Below, piece after piece: positions 19,329-28,990 of a stretch of 64,000 nucleotides of DNA (position 1 is its first letter; each line of letters starts with the position of its first letter). The notes beneath the pieces were generated by a model. It ran no database searches, was not told where the DNA came from, and saw nothing but the letters and a program-made list of their open reading frames with translations. The stretch comes from an uncultured Candidatus Saccharibacteria bacterium (lineage in GTDB: Bacteria; Patescibacteriota; Saccharimonadia; Saccharimonadales; 2-12-FULL-41-12), in assembly GCA_964404795.1 (NCBI GenBank), contig CAYOLI010000001.1, positions 140,137-204,136 of the forward strand. The letters run 5' to 3'. The translations under genes and the position numbers were made by a program.

Positions 19329-20101
19329 GCAAAAAATTGATAGCATTTGATCTTGACGGTACTCTTGCACCAAGTAAGTCGGCTCTACCGGATAAGATGT
19401 CGTCTCTTTTGCGCCAATTACTACAAAATTATGAGGTGTGTGTTATATCTGGAGGTAAGTTTGGGCAATTTGAAATGCAGCTATTAGGCAATCTCGAGGC
19501 CTCGGAAGAAGAATTAAGTAGATTACACATAATGCCAACCTGTGGCACTAGATATTATCGATATAGTCCTAAAACTAAGCACTGGCAACAGCAATATGCT
19601 GAAGATTTTACAGAAGAAGAGAAGAGGAAAATCATTGAGACAGTCAATGAGATAGTTAAGGAATTCGGTTATGATAAAGCTAAAGTTTATGGTCCGCAAA
19701 TTGAAGACCGTGGGAGCCAAATCTCTTGGTCTGCGCTAGGACAGGACATTGTGACTGAACTTGGGGAGGAAGGGGTTCGCAAAAAAGAAGAGTGGGATCC
19801 GACTGACGAAAAAAAGTTTGCATTGCGAGATGCGATTGCTCTTAAAATCCCCGAGTTTGAAGTTCGCTCCGGTGGTGTAACGACAATTGATATAACCAAA
19901 CTTGGTATAGACAAATCCTACGGGATGAGAAAGTTGATGGAAGCTCTTAAGATAGCTGAAGACGAGATACTATTCTTGGGTGATCGCTTGCAAGAGGGTG
20001 GCAATGATTATCCTGTGCTAGCTATGGGTATCGATTGTGTATCTGTTGATGGGTGGGAGCAGACAGCAGTTGCAATTGATGCGCTATTAAAAGTTACCTA
20101 A
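19325..20101 (+). CDS. HAD-IIB hydrolase, eukaryotic-type phosphomannomutase-like
   Basis: FDLDGTLAP (motif I) and FLGDRLQEGGNDYP (motif IV, PMM-like). 4-nt overlap with the nucleotidyltransferase. Confidence 0.65.
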   Translation: MSKKLIAFDLDGTLAPSKSALPDKMSSLLRQLLQNYEVCVISGGKFGQFEMQLLGNLEASEEELSRLHIMPTCGTRYYRYSPKTKHWQQQYAEDFTEEEKRKIIETVNEIVKEFGYDKAKVYGPQIEDRGSQISWSALGQDIVTELGEEGVRKKEEWDPTDEKKFALRDAIALKIPEFEVRSGGVTTIDITKLGIDKSYGMRKLMEALKIAEDEILFLGDRLQEGGNDYPVLAMGIDCVSVDGWEQTAVAIDALLKVT

Positions 20102-20138
20102 ATTTATTCGACCATCGCATTTAATAGAGCAAAGCAGG

Positions 20139-21245
20139 TTATTTTAGAGTATTTTTTATAACATCAACCACACCGCGTTGAAAGCTTGCCTCAGAAAACT
20201 TCTCGGCACTTTTTTTAACGGCAGTGGGTGAATATGACTTTTTAAAGAACTGGTTTATAGCTTGTTTTAAGCTAGCAACAGATTGGGTGCCAAAAAAGAC
20301 ACCATTTTTCTGGTCATCGATATAATCTAGTGCCCCACCACCCCTAAAGGCAATGACTGGCACCCCAGCAGACAATGCTTCTACTGGCGCAATGCCAAAA
20401 TCGTCAAGTCCGGGGAAAATAAACCCCTTTGCGGTAAATAATGCCTGATTTACATCGCTGTCTGTAGGATTTTCTATAAAAGCGATATTGTTCTCGGCCA
20501 TTGCCTTTAATCGTTTTAGCTCTGGGCCACCACCAAGGACAGCAAGAGGTACTTTTAAATCGTTACAGGCCAGCACTGCAAGATCGATTCTTTTATAAGG
20601 CGTAAGACGGCTAACGCAAACCAGTCCGCTACGTTTGTGGTTGGTGGTTAATGATTTAAAGCGATCTAAGTTAACTGGCGGGAAAACAACCTCTGAGTCG
20701 CGATGATAGTACTGTTTAATTGCGCCTTGAGTATGGGTTGAGTTGGCGATTATTTTATCGGCCCTTTGAGCAGCCCTGTAGTCCCACTTGCGCATCGGCC
20801 CAACTAGTATTTTTAGCGCCCAACGAGCTAGCCAATCGAACCTGCCAAAGCCAGGATTTTTTAGGTATTCATCGTAGCGGCTCCAGTAATAATGTGTTGG
20901 TGCATGAATGTATGCAATGTGGGTGCTGCTGAGGCGCCTTTTTACATATTTTGCCTCGGCACCACTGCTAGAAATTATCAGATCAAATTCGGATAGATCT
21001 AGGCGTGAAAAGTAAAGTGCTCTAAATACTGGCAAGAATTTTTTTAACCCACTTGGTAGTTTTTGTAACCAGCCAGTTCTGATGTCTAGGCCGTTAAACC
21101 AGATAGCCCTTTTTGGGTCATATTGAGAGGTATAAATGGGCGCATCGGGAAAAAGGTTGTGAAGCTCTAGCACTACTCGTTCGGCTCCACCTGGGCCGGT
21201 TAGCCAGTCGCAAACAATGGCGACTTTTAATTTTGATAGATCCAT
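20139..21245 (-). CDS. GT4-family (GT-B) glycosyltransferase
   Basis: GGAERVV near the N-terminus and DDFGIAPVEALSAGVPVIA near the C-terminus. Confidence 0.8.
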   Translation of the reverse strand: MDLSKLKVAIVCDWLTGPGGAERVVLELHNLFPDAPIYTSQYDPKRAIWFNGLDIRTGWLQKLPSGLKKFLPVFRALYFSRLDLSEFDLIISSSGAEAKYVKRRLSSTHIAYIHAPTHYYWSRYDEYLKNPGFGRFDWLARWALKILVGPMRKWDYRAAQRADKIIANSTHTQGAIKQYYHRDSEVVFPPVNLDRFKSLTTNHKRSGLVCVSRLTPYKRIDLAVLACNDLKVPLAVLGGGPELKRLKAMAENNIAFIENPTDSDVNQALFTAKGFIFPGLDDFGIAPVEALSAGVPVIAFRGGGALDYIDDQKNGVFFGTQSVASLKQAINQFFKKSYSPTAVKKSAEKFSEASFQRGVVDVIKNTLK

Positions 21246-21334
21246 AGCAATAAGTATAACTAACTATATCGAAATGGTTTGCATATAAAGGGTAAGAAAA
21301 CAGGAGTTTTTGCTGTTATAATCAGCTTGTAGGT

Positions 21335-22765
21335 ATGAGAAATAACGCAAATCTTTTTTATTCGATTTTGCTAGTAATTGGTGACTTTTTGGCAATTTTG
21401 GCAGCTTTTTCGCTAGCGTACATTTTAAGGGTTAAGTTTGACGATAGGCCTTTGATTGTTCAAATCTCGGCGTATTCGTACATAACGGCGTTTTTGTTTG
21501 CCCTGCCATTTTGGTTGGTTAGCCATGCGTCGCTAGGGCTATACACTAGAAACGTTTTCGAAAATCGCTTTCGAGAAATTGGCCGGTTGATACTGGGTTC
21601 GTTTATTGGGGTGTTGATTGTGGTTGGGTATGATTTTGTTACCGATGGCAATCTGTTCCCAGCTCGACTTGTACCGGTTTATGGTTTGTTTTTGAGCTTT
21701 GGTTTTCTAATAGTTTTTAGAGTAATAGCGAGGATTTGTAGGCGAACACTTTTTGCTTACGGCGTAGGCATTGACAATGTATTGATTATTGGCAATCCCA
21801 AAAGTTCGCATGGGGTAGTAGACGAACTAATTGATACTAAATTTAGTGGTTACAATATTGTTGGAACGGTTGGGTTTAAGATAGAAGATAGTCAAATTGA
21901 TGCCTTTGACGATTTTGAGATGGCTGTTAAGAAACTAAAAAATCGAAGCATAAATACTATTGTCCAGACGAAATTATATTCGTCTGAAAATCAGAATACA
22001 GATATTTTGAGCTACGCCCAAAAACACCACATTGCCTATAAATTCATTCCGGGAAGTGATGGTGTTTTTGCTGGCAATATCGAGGTTGAACTTTTCAGGG
22101 GAGTGCCAGTAGTGAGTGTTCATCAAACGGCCCTTGTTGGATGGGGAAGAATTTTGAAACGTTTATTTGACATAGCTTTGAGTTTTCTACTGATAATAAT
22201 ACTCTCTCCTTTAATGTTGCTGGCAGGCGTTATTATAAAAATTGCTAACCCCCGCGAGCCATTGATGTTTAAGCAAAAACGACTGACCATGCACGATAAA
22301 AAATTTGTTGTTTACAAGTTTCGCTCGCAACAAAAACGTTTTGATGGAACTACTCCCGAACAGGCCTTTAGAAAATTAGGACAAGAGGGTTTGTCGGCGA
22401 AATATCGTAGTAATGGCGATATGCTTTTGGATGACCCTAGGTTGATAAGAGCCGGCAAATTTATTAGATCAACTAGCTTGGATGAGCTGCCGCAGTTGAT
22501 AAACGTACTAAAGGGGGATATTAGTTTGGTTGGCCCTAGAGCGTTGATTCCACAGGAGCTAGAAAAGTATCAAGGTAAACACCAAATACTAAGTGTTAAA
22601 TCGGGCCTGACTGGTCTTGCACAGGTTTCTGGCAGAAGAAATATTAGCTTTGAGGAGCGACGCAAGCTGGATGTTTACTACGTTCAAAACTGGAGTTTTT
22701 GGTTGGATATTAGTATTTTACTTCGAACTTTCAGAGCTGTTATTAACGGCATTGGCGCAAAATAA
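21335..22765 (+). CDS. Polyprenyl-phosphate hexose-1-phosphate transferase (WbaP/large PGT type)
   Basis: N-terminal TM bundle, central Rossmann-like region, and a C-terminal bacterial sugar transferase domain (KRLFDI....PLMFKQKR...KFRS...DELPQL.NVLKGD.SLVGPR). Confidence 0.85.
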   Translation: MRNNANLFYSILLVIGDFLAILAAFSLAYILRVKFDDRPLIVQISAYSYITAFLFALPFWLVSHASLGLYTRNVFENRFREIGRLILGSFIGVLIVVGYDFVTDGNLFPARLVPVYGLFLSFGFLIVFRVIARICRRTLFAYGVGIDNVLIIGNPKSSHGVVDELIDTKFSGYNIVGTVGFKIEDSQIDAFDDFEMAVKKLKNRSINTIVQTKLYSSENQNTDILSYAQKHHIAYKFIPGSDGVFAGNIEVELFRGVPVVSVHQTALVGWGRILKRLFDIALSFLLIIILSPLMLLAGVIIKIANPREPLMFKQKRLTMHDKKFVVYKFRSQQKRFDGTTPEQAFRKLGQEGLSAKYRSNGDMLLDDPRLIRAGKFIRSTSLDELPQLINVLKGDISLVGPRALIPQELEKYQGKHQILSVKSGLTGLAQVSGRRNISFEERRKLDVYYVQNWSFWLDISILLRTFRAVINGIGAK

Positions 22766-22826
22766 GCGGTAAAGTTTAAAAAATGCTATAGTATGTTTGT
22801 TGATACGAACATAAACCAAACAAACA

Positions 22827-23336
22827 ATGCAAAAACTCAAAAAAGGGCAAATCAGAGAAATTAGACGCTTTAGCGAATACATGATTAGTGGTGGTGCATA
22901 CTTTTGGTCTGGATATGCAACCTTTTTCTTTATAGATAAAATCTTGGGGTTGAGCTTTTTTTGGGCAAAATCGGTTGCGACACTAACTGGTTGGACAGTT
23001 AACTTTTTGTTGCAACGTTATTGGGTTTTTAATCACCCTACTCTCAAAAAGCATCAGACGGAGGTAACTGGTCGCTACATAATCATCACACTGGTTGATT
23101 TTGTAATGGATTATTTTATAGTGTACGGGCTTAAAGTATTTGGCATAACACCTTACATTGGGCAGTTTGTTTCGGCTGGATTTTTTACTGGTTGGAATTA
23201 TTTTTGGTACAAATACTGGGTATTTCCAACCAAGTTCAAGGTGGCTACTCGGCGAGCTCGTTATTCTGTGCCAAGAGTTGTGGCACACAAAGCGCACGGA
23301 CACAGTGCTTTTAGGATAGTTAATGGCGACAAATAA
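22827..23336 (+). CDS. GtrA-family membrane protein (second copy)
   Basis: 4 TM segments and the FLLQRYWVF motif typical of GtrA. Confidence 0.65.
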   Translation: MQKLKKGQIREIRRFSEYMISGGAYFWSGYATFFFIDKILGLSFFWAKSVATLTGWTVNFLLQRYWVFNHPTLKKHQTEVTGRYIIITLVDFVMDYFIVYGLKVFGITPYIGQFVSAGFFTGWNYFWYKYWVFPTKFKVATRRARYSVPRVVAHKAHGHSAFRIVNGDK

Positions 23337-23781
23337 GGAACGACCCACCAAAAAGCAATTTGAGATTTTAGAATTTATAGAAAAATTTATATCTCAGCAT
23401 GGCTATGGGCCAAGTTACCGCGAAATATCTACTGGCCTAGAGTATAAGTCGGTTGCTACAGTTGCTGCACATATTGATAATTTGATTGTTAGAGGTCATC
23501 TGCGAAAACGTAATCGTTCGGCTCGTTCGCTTGAAATTATCAGTAACGAGGGTATGAGCCAAAAACCAATTAGAACAGATAGCGTTAAACCGGCTGAAGA
23601 GAAATGGCTGGTTGAAAAGATTGACTACTATTTTCACCGCGTAGAACAGTCGGGTACAGTGGACAAATTGGAGATTGACCAACTATATGTGCTGGTGGGC
23701 GCATTGAAAGTTTTGGGCATAGAGGGCGCAGCACAATCTTTTATCGGGCGCCTTAGTGCAATAAAAAACAAGTATAATTAA
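23323..23781 (+). CDS. LexA-type winged-helix DNA-binding protein lacking the S24 peptidase domain
   Basis: The N-terminus QFEILEFIEKFISQHGYGPSYREISTGLEYKSVATVAAHIDNLIVRGHL matches the LexA DNA-binding domain. The C-terminal 70 aa have no Ser/Lys dyad region. Confidence 0.6.
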   Translation: MATNKERPTKKQFEILEFIEKFISQHGYGPSYREISTGLEYKSVATVAAHIDNLIVRGHLRKRNRSARSLEIISNEGMSQKPIRTDSVKPAEEKWLVEKIDYYFHRVEQSGTVDKLEIDQLYVLVGALKVLGIEGAAQSFIGRLSAIKNKYN

Positions 23782-23784
23782 CTT

Positions 23785-24594
23785 ATGATAGAAATTTTAC
23801 AAGCAATTTTTCTAGGTGTTGTCGAGGGCTTTACAGAGTTTTTGCCTATCTCTAGCACTGGACATTTAATTGTTTCGGAAAGGGTGATTGGCTATAAAGA
23901 CACCGCCGAAATATTTACTATTGTGATACAGATGGGGGCAATCGGTGCAGTTATTTGGTTTTATCGGTCTGATTTAATAAAAAAAATTGTTGGACTAGTA
24001 AAAAGAGACAAAAAAACCTTAAAATTTTGGGCTAATTGGATAATTGCAACAATCCCAGCGGGGCTAGCTGGCTTTTTTCTAAAAGATCAATTATCTAAAT
24101 ATGCAGTAGTTTGGGTAATTGCTGTTGCTTTAATAGTTGGAGGTATTCTAATTTGGCTAATAGAAAATTATCATAAAGCACCGAAAAACGATAAAACCCT
24201 TCCCAAATTTGACGAATTAACTCCCGCTAGAGCGGTGCGTGTTGGTTTGTACCAGATTTTAGCGTTAGTGCCAGGTGTGTCTAGATCTGGCGCAACGATT
24301 ATGGGTGGCTTGCTGTCAGGACTCGATAGGGTTACTGCCACAACCTTTTCGTTTTATTTGAGCATTCCAATTATTGTCTTGGCCGGGTCTTATCAGTTAT
24401 TTAAAGGTAGGCACGAGCTAGCAACGGTCTCTGGTGGGGCGCTTGCACTAGTCGTAGGGACAGTTGTGTCCTTTGTAACTGCTCTAATTGCTATCAAATG
24501 GTTGCTACGTTATGTCTCGACTAACAATTTTAAGTTCTTTGCCTATTACCGAATAATCATTGGTTGTTTGTTGCTGGTGGCGTTTTACCTTTAA
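23785..24594 (+). CDS. uppP: Undecaprenyl-diphosphate phosphatase
   Basis: VEGFTEFLPISSTGHL and PGVSRSGATI are canonical BacA/UppP motifs. Confidence 0.9.
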   Translation: MIEILQAIFLGVVEGFTEFLPISSTGHLIVSERVIGYKDTAEIFTIVIQMGAIGAVIWFYRSDLIKKIVGLVKRDKKTLKFWANWIIATIPAGLAGFFLKDQLSKYAVVWVIAVALIVGGILIWLIENYHKAPKNDKTLPKFDELTPARAVRVGLYQILALVPGVSRSGATIMGGLLSGLDRVTATTFSFYLSIPIIVLAGSYQLFKGRHELATVSGGALALVVGTVVSFVTALIAIKWLLRYVSTNNFKFFAYYRIIIGCLLLVAFYL

Positions 24595-24599
24595 AGAGT

Positions 24600-24627
24600 C
24601 ACCACGCTATCTGTGGTGTAATTTTTA
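24600..24627 (+). terminator. Weak hairpin plus T-rich tail after uppP
   Basis: caccac-gctatct-gtggtg followed by taattttta. Confidence 0.35.
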
Positions 24628-24820
24628 CGGCTTGTACACCAATGCTAGAGTAGTTATATTTAGAGTAGTTTAAAAAATCATTTGCTTGGAATCGCGTGTA
24701 ATTCGTGAGCTGTGCCGCAACTGTAATGTGTTTTCACTAAGCCAGACACAAGCCAAAAAACCATAGTTCCCGAGCAGGATTTGGCGTCAAGTGCGACCTC
24801 TTCGAGAACAGAGAGAGGTC

Positions 24821-25957
24821 ATGAATAAGGTAATTTCGCCAGAAACTTTCATCTATAACCCTGAAAAGCGGCTATATGACGATGCTACAACTTGGTTGGC
24901 AGAAGCAATAGATGGCAGTATGAATTCGGAATTTGCCTATCATTTTGACGGCCAAGAGCTATATGCGGAAGACGGTTCGCCGCTAGGCAAAATTTTTTAT
25001 GATGCACTTGAGGAGGCAGATAGATTACCTCCTAATTTGTACTTTGAGGCCGAACGCCGTCAGTTAGAGTTTGAAGAATATCAACAAATGTTAGTAGTGG
25101 CGCAGGGTGATTTGCCCAATACAATGGTGGTTATTTCGGACTTTCCGAATGAGTTAGCTGATGCAGATCAAGACATAGGAGGTTATAACGTAACTCGACG
25201 TCAGGCGATGCTACGGGTCGTGTCAAAACGCAGTGATGGCAGTATGAAGATTCAATCGCAGAGCTTGGATGGAAGCGACAGACAGGCCCTTGAGGGCTTA
25301 TATCGCCATTTGGGGGCAGAACTGCCATCTGAGGGGGGTTTGTTAGGCCAAAGAGTGCATTTGCAAATGGAGGGAGACACTCAGCAGGAGCTGTTAATTG
25401 ATAGTTTGCGTAATTGTTATGACAGTGCAATGACAGCCAAAACAGGGAAAAATTATTATGCCGGAATTGAGGGCGGAAGTCCGCTAAATACTTTCGAATT
25501 TGTTAAACAGCAAACAGATATTATTGATTATTATCTTGGCAGTGTAGAAAGTATTTACGATAATCAGCAACTAAAATATGCTGTGGTATCGGCAATAAAT
25601 GAACGTTTTGAAAAGTCCATTTCAAAGGTGTCTAGTGGCATTCATCACGGACTATATGAGCCATTAGCGGTCCACCCAGATTTGCTAGTAGAGCAGGTTT
25701 GGCAGGCAGCGGCTAGGGCGTCGGCCAATAATAGGGTATTTAGTGGCTGCGGGGGTAGTATTAGTTTTGGTCTTGACCAATCGGGCGGTCAAGAGTTAGC
25801 GTTACTTGGCTATGGCAATAAGACAAACGAAAAGCAATCTTATAGTTTTAATAAACTACAACATTGTGTAGTTTGCCAAGCCCCACCAGAAGAAGGCGAG
25901 CAGAAAAAAATGTGTGGTCCTTGTGGGATTTGTAGAAGTTGCGATGCTAAGCTATAG
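24821..25957 (+). CDS. Orphan protein with a C-terminal multi-Cys zinc-ribbon-like tail
   Basis: Long ORF. ATG 24821 follows AGAGAGAGG, with an alternative GTG at 24791. The tail is HCVVCQ-x12-CGPCGICRSC. I recognise no family. Confidence 0.5.
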   Translation: MNKVISPETFIYNPEKRLYDDATTWLAEAIDGSMNSEFAYHFDGQELYAEDGSPLGKIFYDALEEADRLPPNLYFEAERRQLEFEEYQQMLVVAQGDLPNTMVVISDFPNELADADQDIGGYNVTRRQAMLRVVSKRSDGSMKIQSQSLDGSDRQALEGLYRHLGAELPSEGGLLGQRVHLQMEGDTQQELLIDSLRNCYDSAMTAKTGKNYYAGIEGGSPLNTFEFVKQQTDIIDYYLGSVESIYDNQQLKYAVVSAINERFEKSISKVSSGIHHGLYEPLAVHPDLLVEQVWQAAARASANNRVFSGCGGSISFGLDQSGGQELALLGYGNKTNEKQSYSFNKLQHCVVCQAPPEEGEQKKMCGPCGICRSCDAKL

Positions 25958-27650
25958 GTTCGTCGTTAACCAGTTGATTGCGGATATAAGATAAGTGCTT
26001 TTCGCGTTGTTTTTTGAATTCGTCTTTTTTGAGACCGCTATGTTTTATGAAGGCACTAACTTTTTCGTTGCCGATATAGTGAGGCATCATGACATAACTA
26101 GCTCCAAGGTCGTATAGTTCGGTTGCTTCCTGGGCGCTGTCTGCATGGCATATTACAACAGCTGTAGGATTAAGTTTTTCCATAGTTGTAACAATAAATT
26201 TGTTGACGTCATGATCGATGATGGTAGAAACGATTAGCTGGCTTTTATCGATTCGTGCTTCTTTAAGTAGCTCCATATCAGCAATATCACCGTATAGGTA
26301 GTTAATCTTTTGACGCTCTAAGATTTCAATAATATTTGGGTCATAATCGATGACCAAGTATTTTTTGCCGAGTTCTTTAAAGGTTTTAATAAATTCATGA
26401 CCACCGTGGTGATACCCAAGCAAGACAAGCTGGTAGGTTGTAGTACTACGTTTTTCGCGGTAGGCCACCTCTTTTTCGAATAATCTTATTTTGATGCGAT
26501 CGAATTTGGCGAATAATTCGTCGTCGTAGTGCATAAGATAGGTGGAAGTAGCAATAGTAATAATTGCGACCAGCGTAATAACAGCACTAAGTTCTGGACG
26601 AACCATATTAACACTGGTTGCTAGTAGCACCAATACGATTGAGAACTCACTAATTTGCGACAGATTTATACCAGTTTTAAATGCCACTCGCTTTGGGTAT
26701 CCCATTAGTCCAGTGGTAATGATAACTGTCAGTGGTTTTATGAATATAACAATAAGAGACAAGACAATGGCAGGACCAATACCGGCAGCAATATTGCTAA
26801 GATTCATGCTTTCTCCTAAAGCTATAAAGAATAATACGACGAAGAAATCTCGTAAGGGCTTCAGCCGAGATGCAATTTCTTGCACATAGGTAGATGGTGC
26901 TAGAGCGATTCCGGCAAATAGAGCGCCAATTTCGGTAGAGAAACCGGACTTTTCAAATAGAGTTGCAATTCCGAAACCCCAAGCAATTGCGAACAAAAAC
27001 AAAAGTTCTTGATTTGAGGCCATGTATTTGGAGACCCGAGGGATAACTTTGGTACTGCAAAGGACTAGGGCAATCAAAAGGAAAACTGCTTTGGCTATTA
27101 AAAATATCAGCTCGGATAGTTGAAACCCGCCTCCATCTTTGCCTGCGACAACAAACAGTAAAGCCATGGTGGCGACCAAGTCATCTGCAACGATGACACC
27201 AATTGCAATTTGACCGTGCAAACGGTTTTGTTCCTTTTTATCGGACAGGATTTTGACAATTATAATTGTGCTACTAAAGAAAAGGGCTAATCCGGCAATA
27301 AAGGCCTCGGTCTTTGAAAATCCAAGTAACGTAGCTGTTGCAAAGCCAAGTGAACTAACTGTTAAGAACGTGGTTAGAGCAGTTAAAGTAACAATATTGC
27401 CTAGACGCTTTAGCTCGCTAATGTTCATGCCAAGCCCAATAATGAACAACAAAAGAGCAATTCCAATACCAGAAAAAGTGCCGAACATTTCGGTGGAGTG
27501 AATAAGATTAAGCCCCGCTGGACCAACTAATAGCCCAGACAGGATATAGCCCAGAATTAGGGGTTGCCTGATGAGCTTCATGATGATGGCAATCACCACT
27601 GTGACCACTATCACCAAGCTAAGTTCGCTGAAAACGGAATCAATATGCAT
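25947..27650 (-). CDS. Kef-type cation:proton antiporter with a C-terminal RCK/TrkA-N domain
   Basis: About 12 TM segments in a CPA2-like core, followed by a LVLLGYHHGGHEF Rossmann-like region. Confidence 0.85.
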   Translation of the reverse strand: MHIDSVFSELSLVIVVTVVIAIIMKLIRQPLILGYILSGLLVGPAGLNLIHSTEMFGTFSGIGIALLLFIIGLGMNISELKRLGNIVTLTALTTFLTVSSLGFATATLLGFSKTEAFIAGLALFFSSTIIIVKILSDKKEQNRLHGQIAIGVIVADDLVATMALLFVVAGKDGGGFQLSELIFLIAKAVFLLIALVLCSTKVIPRVSKYMASNQELLFLFAIAWGFGIATLFEKSGFSTEIGALFAGIALAPSTYVQEIASRLKPLRDFFVVLFFIALGESMNLSNIAAGIGPAIVLSLIVIFIKPLTVIITTGLMGYPKRVAFKTGINLSQISEFSIVLVLLATSVNMVRPELSAVITLVAIITIATSTYLMHYDDELFAKFDRIKIRLFEKEVAYREKRSTTTYQLVLLGYHHGGHEFIKTFKELGKKYLVIDYDPNIIEILERQKINYLYGDIADMELLKEARIDKSQLIVSTIIDHDVNKFIVTTMEKLNPTAVVICHADSAQEATELYDLGASYVMMPHYIGNEKVSAFIKHSGLKKDEFKKQREKHLSYIRNQLVNDEPIA

Positions 27651-27738
27651 ATGTTTTTGTGCTAACCTGTATCTATGATGTACTTTTTAGTTTACATTAA
27701 GCACATATATTTTGCGATTAAGTTGGGAGATAAAATGT

Positions 27739-28245
27739 ATGAAGAACATATTTAGATTTATTTCAAACAAAGTATCTAACGCAGCGGGATCTGCTTATAC
27801 TTTTGTTGGCGCGGTAATAATTGTAATTGTATGGGCAACCACTGGGCCATTATTTAATTTTTCTAACACTTGGCAGTTAATGATTAATACCGGCACTACA
27901 ATAGTTACATTCTTGATGGTGTTCTTGATTCAAAATACTCAAAACCGAGACGGCAAAGCGATGCAATTAAAGCTGGATGAGCTAATTCGTGTTACAACAC
28001 ACGCGCGCGAGGTCTTTGTTGGCTTAGAGCAGCTAACAGACGAGGAATTACACGAGCTCGATAAACAGTTTAGCGACCTACATGAGCGGGCAGCAACCAG
28101 TCCGCTCATGATCAAACTGCAAAAGACAATTCAGCAGGAACACGAACGCCGAAGTATGATTACGAAATTAGCACCAACCTTGGGTAGCGTTAGTAACATA
28201 ATCAACAAAATTAACAAAAAACCCCCAGCCACCCCTACTAGTTAG
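27739..28245 (+). CDS. Low-affinity iron permease family membrane protein
   Basis: G.A.TF......I.VW...GP.F.FS.TWQL.INT.TTI.TFLMVFLIQNTQNRD pattern. ATG 27739 follows GGGAGA. Confidence 0.6.
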   Translation: MKNIFRFISNKVSNAAGSAYTFVGAVIIVIVWATTGPLFNFSNTWQLMINTGTTIVTFLMVFLIQNTQNRDGKAMQLKLDELIRVTTHAREVFVGLEQLTDEELHELDKQFSDLHERAATSPLMIKLQKTIQQEHERRSMITKLAPTLGSVSNIINKINKKPPATPTS

Positions 28246-28248
28246 TAG

Positions 28249-28899
28249 TTATTGCTTTTTTTGCTGAGCAATTGCCTCGTCGATTAACTTTGAGAACTCA
28301 TCGATAGAAGTTGGATTTTTTTCAATTTTTTTATCGTTAATAAAGAAGGTAGGGGTTGAATTTACTCCTAACTGCTGACCAGCTTTTAAATCGGCATTGA
28401 TAACACTAGCAACCGCTGAGCTGTTCATGTCGCTTTTAAACTTATCTATATTTAGCCCAAGTTGCTTTGCATAGTCCTCTAGTATTGGAGTTGGGTTAGA
28501 GCTGGTACTCCAGTTTTCTTGATTTTCGTAAAGCATGTCGTACATTTCGAAAAACTTACCTTGAAGTCCTGCTGCTTCGGCTGCTCTTGATCCAATAAAT
28601 GCGTTGGGGTGAATTTGAGTTAATGGGAAATGCCTGAACTGAAAGGTTATTTGCTGGGCGTATTTTTCTTTTATTTGCTTTACTAACGGATAATATTGCT
28701 TGCAAGCAGGGCATTGAAAATCACCAAACTCTACAAGTTTAACCTTGTCGGCACCGGCGCCAGTGACGTGATTACTAGTCTGAGTTTGTTGGCCAGGGGC
28801 TTGATTATTTGTACTATTGTCTTTCTTTTTAGATATAACCAAAACTCCAAAAAATCCCAAGATTATAACAGCGATAACAGCTAAAAATTGCTTACTCAT
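28249..28899 (-). CDS. Membrane-anchored DsbA-family thiol:disulfide oxidoreductase
   Basis: N-terminal TM, FGDFQCPAC active site, and a thioredoxin fold length. Start at ATG 28899 after AAAGAGGAAA. Confidence 0.8.
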   Translation of the reverse strand: MSKQFLAVIAVIILGFFGVLVISKKKDNSTNNQAPGQQTQTSNHVTGAGADKVKLVEFGDFQCPACKQYYPLVKQIKEKYAQQITFQFRHFPLTQIHPNAFIGSRAAEAAGLQGKFFEMYDMLYENQENWSTSSNPTPILEDYAKQLGLNIDKFKSDMNSSAVASVINADLKAGQQLGVNSTPTFFINDKKIEKNPTSIDEFSKLIDEAIAQQKKQ

Positions 28900-28990
28900 A
28901 TTTCCTCTTTTAAAACTTACTAGCTTAATCATAACATTAATTGGGCTATGATTTATTGCACACCAGAGTGCAAAGGACTAGTATTTAGAT

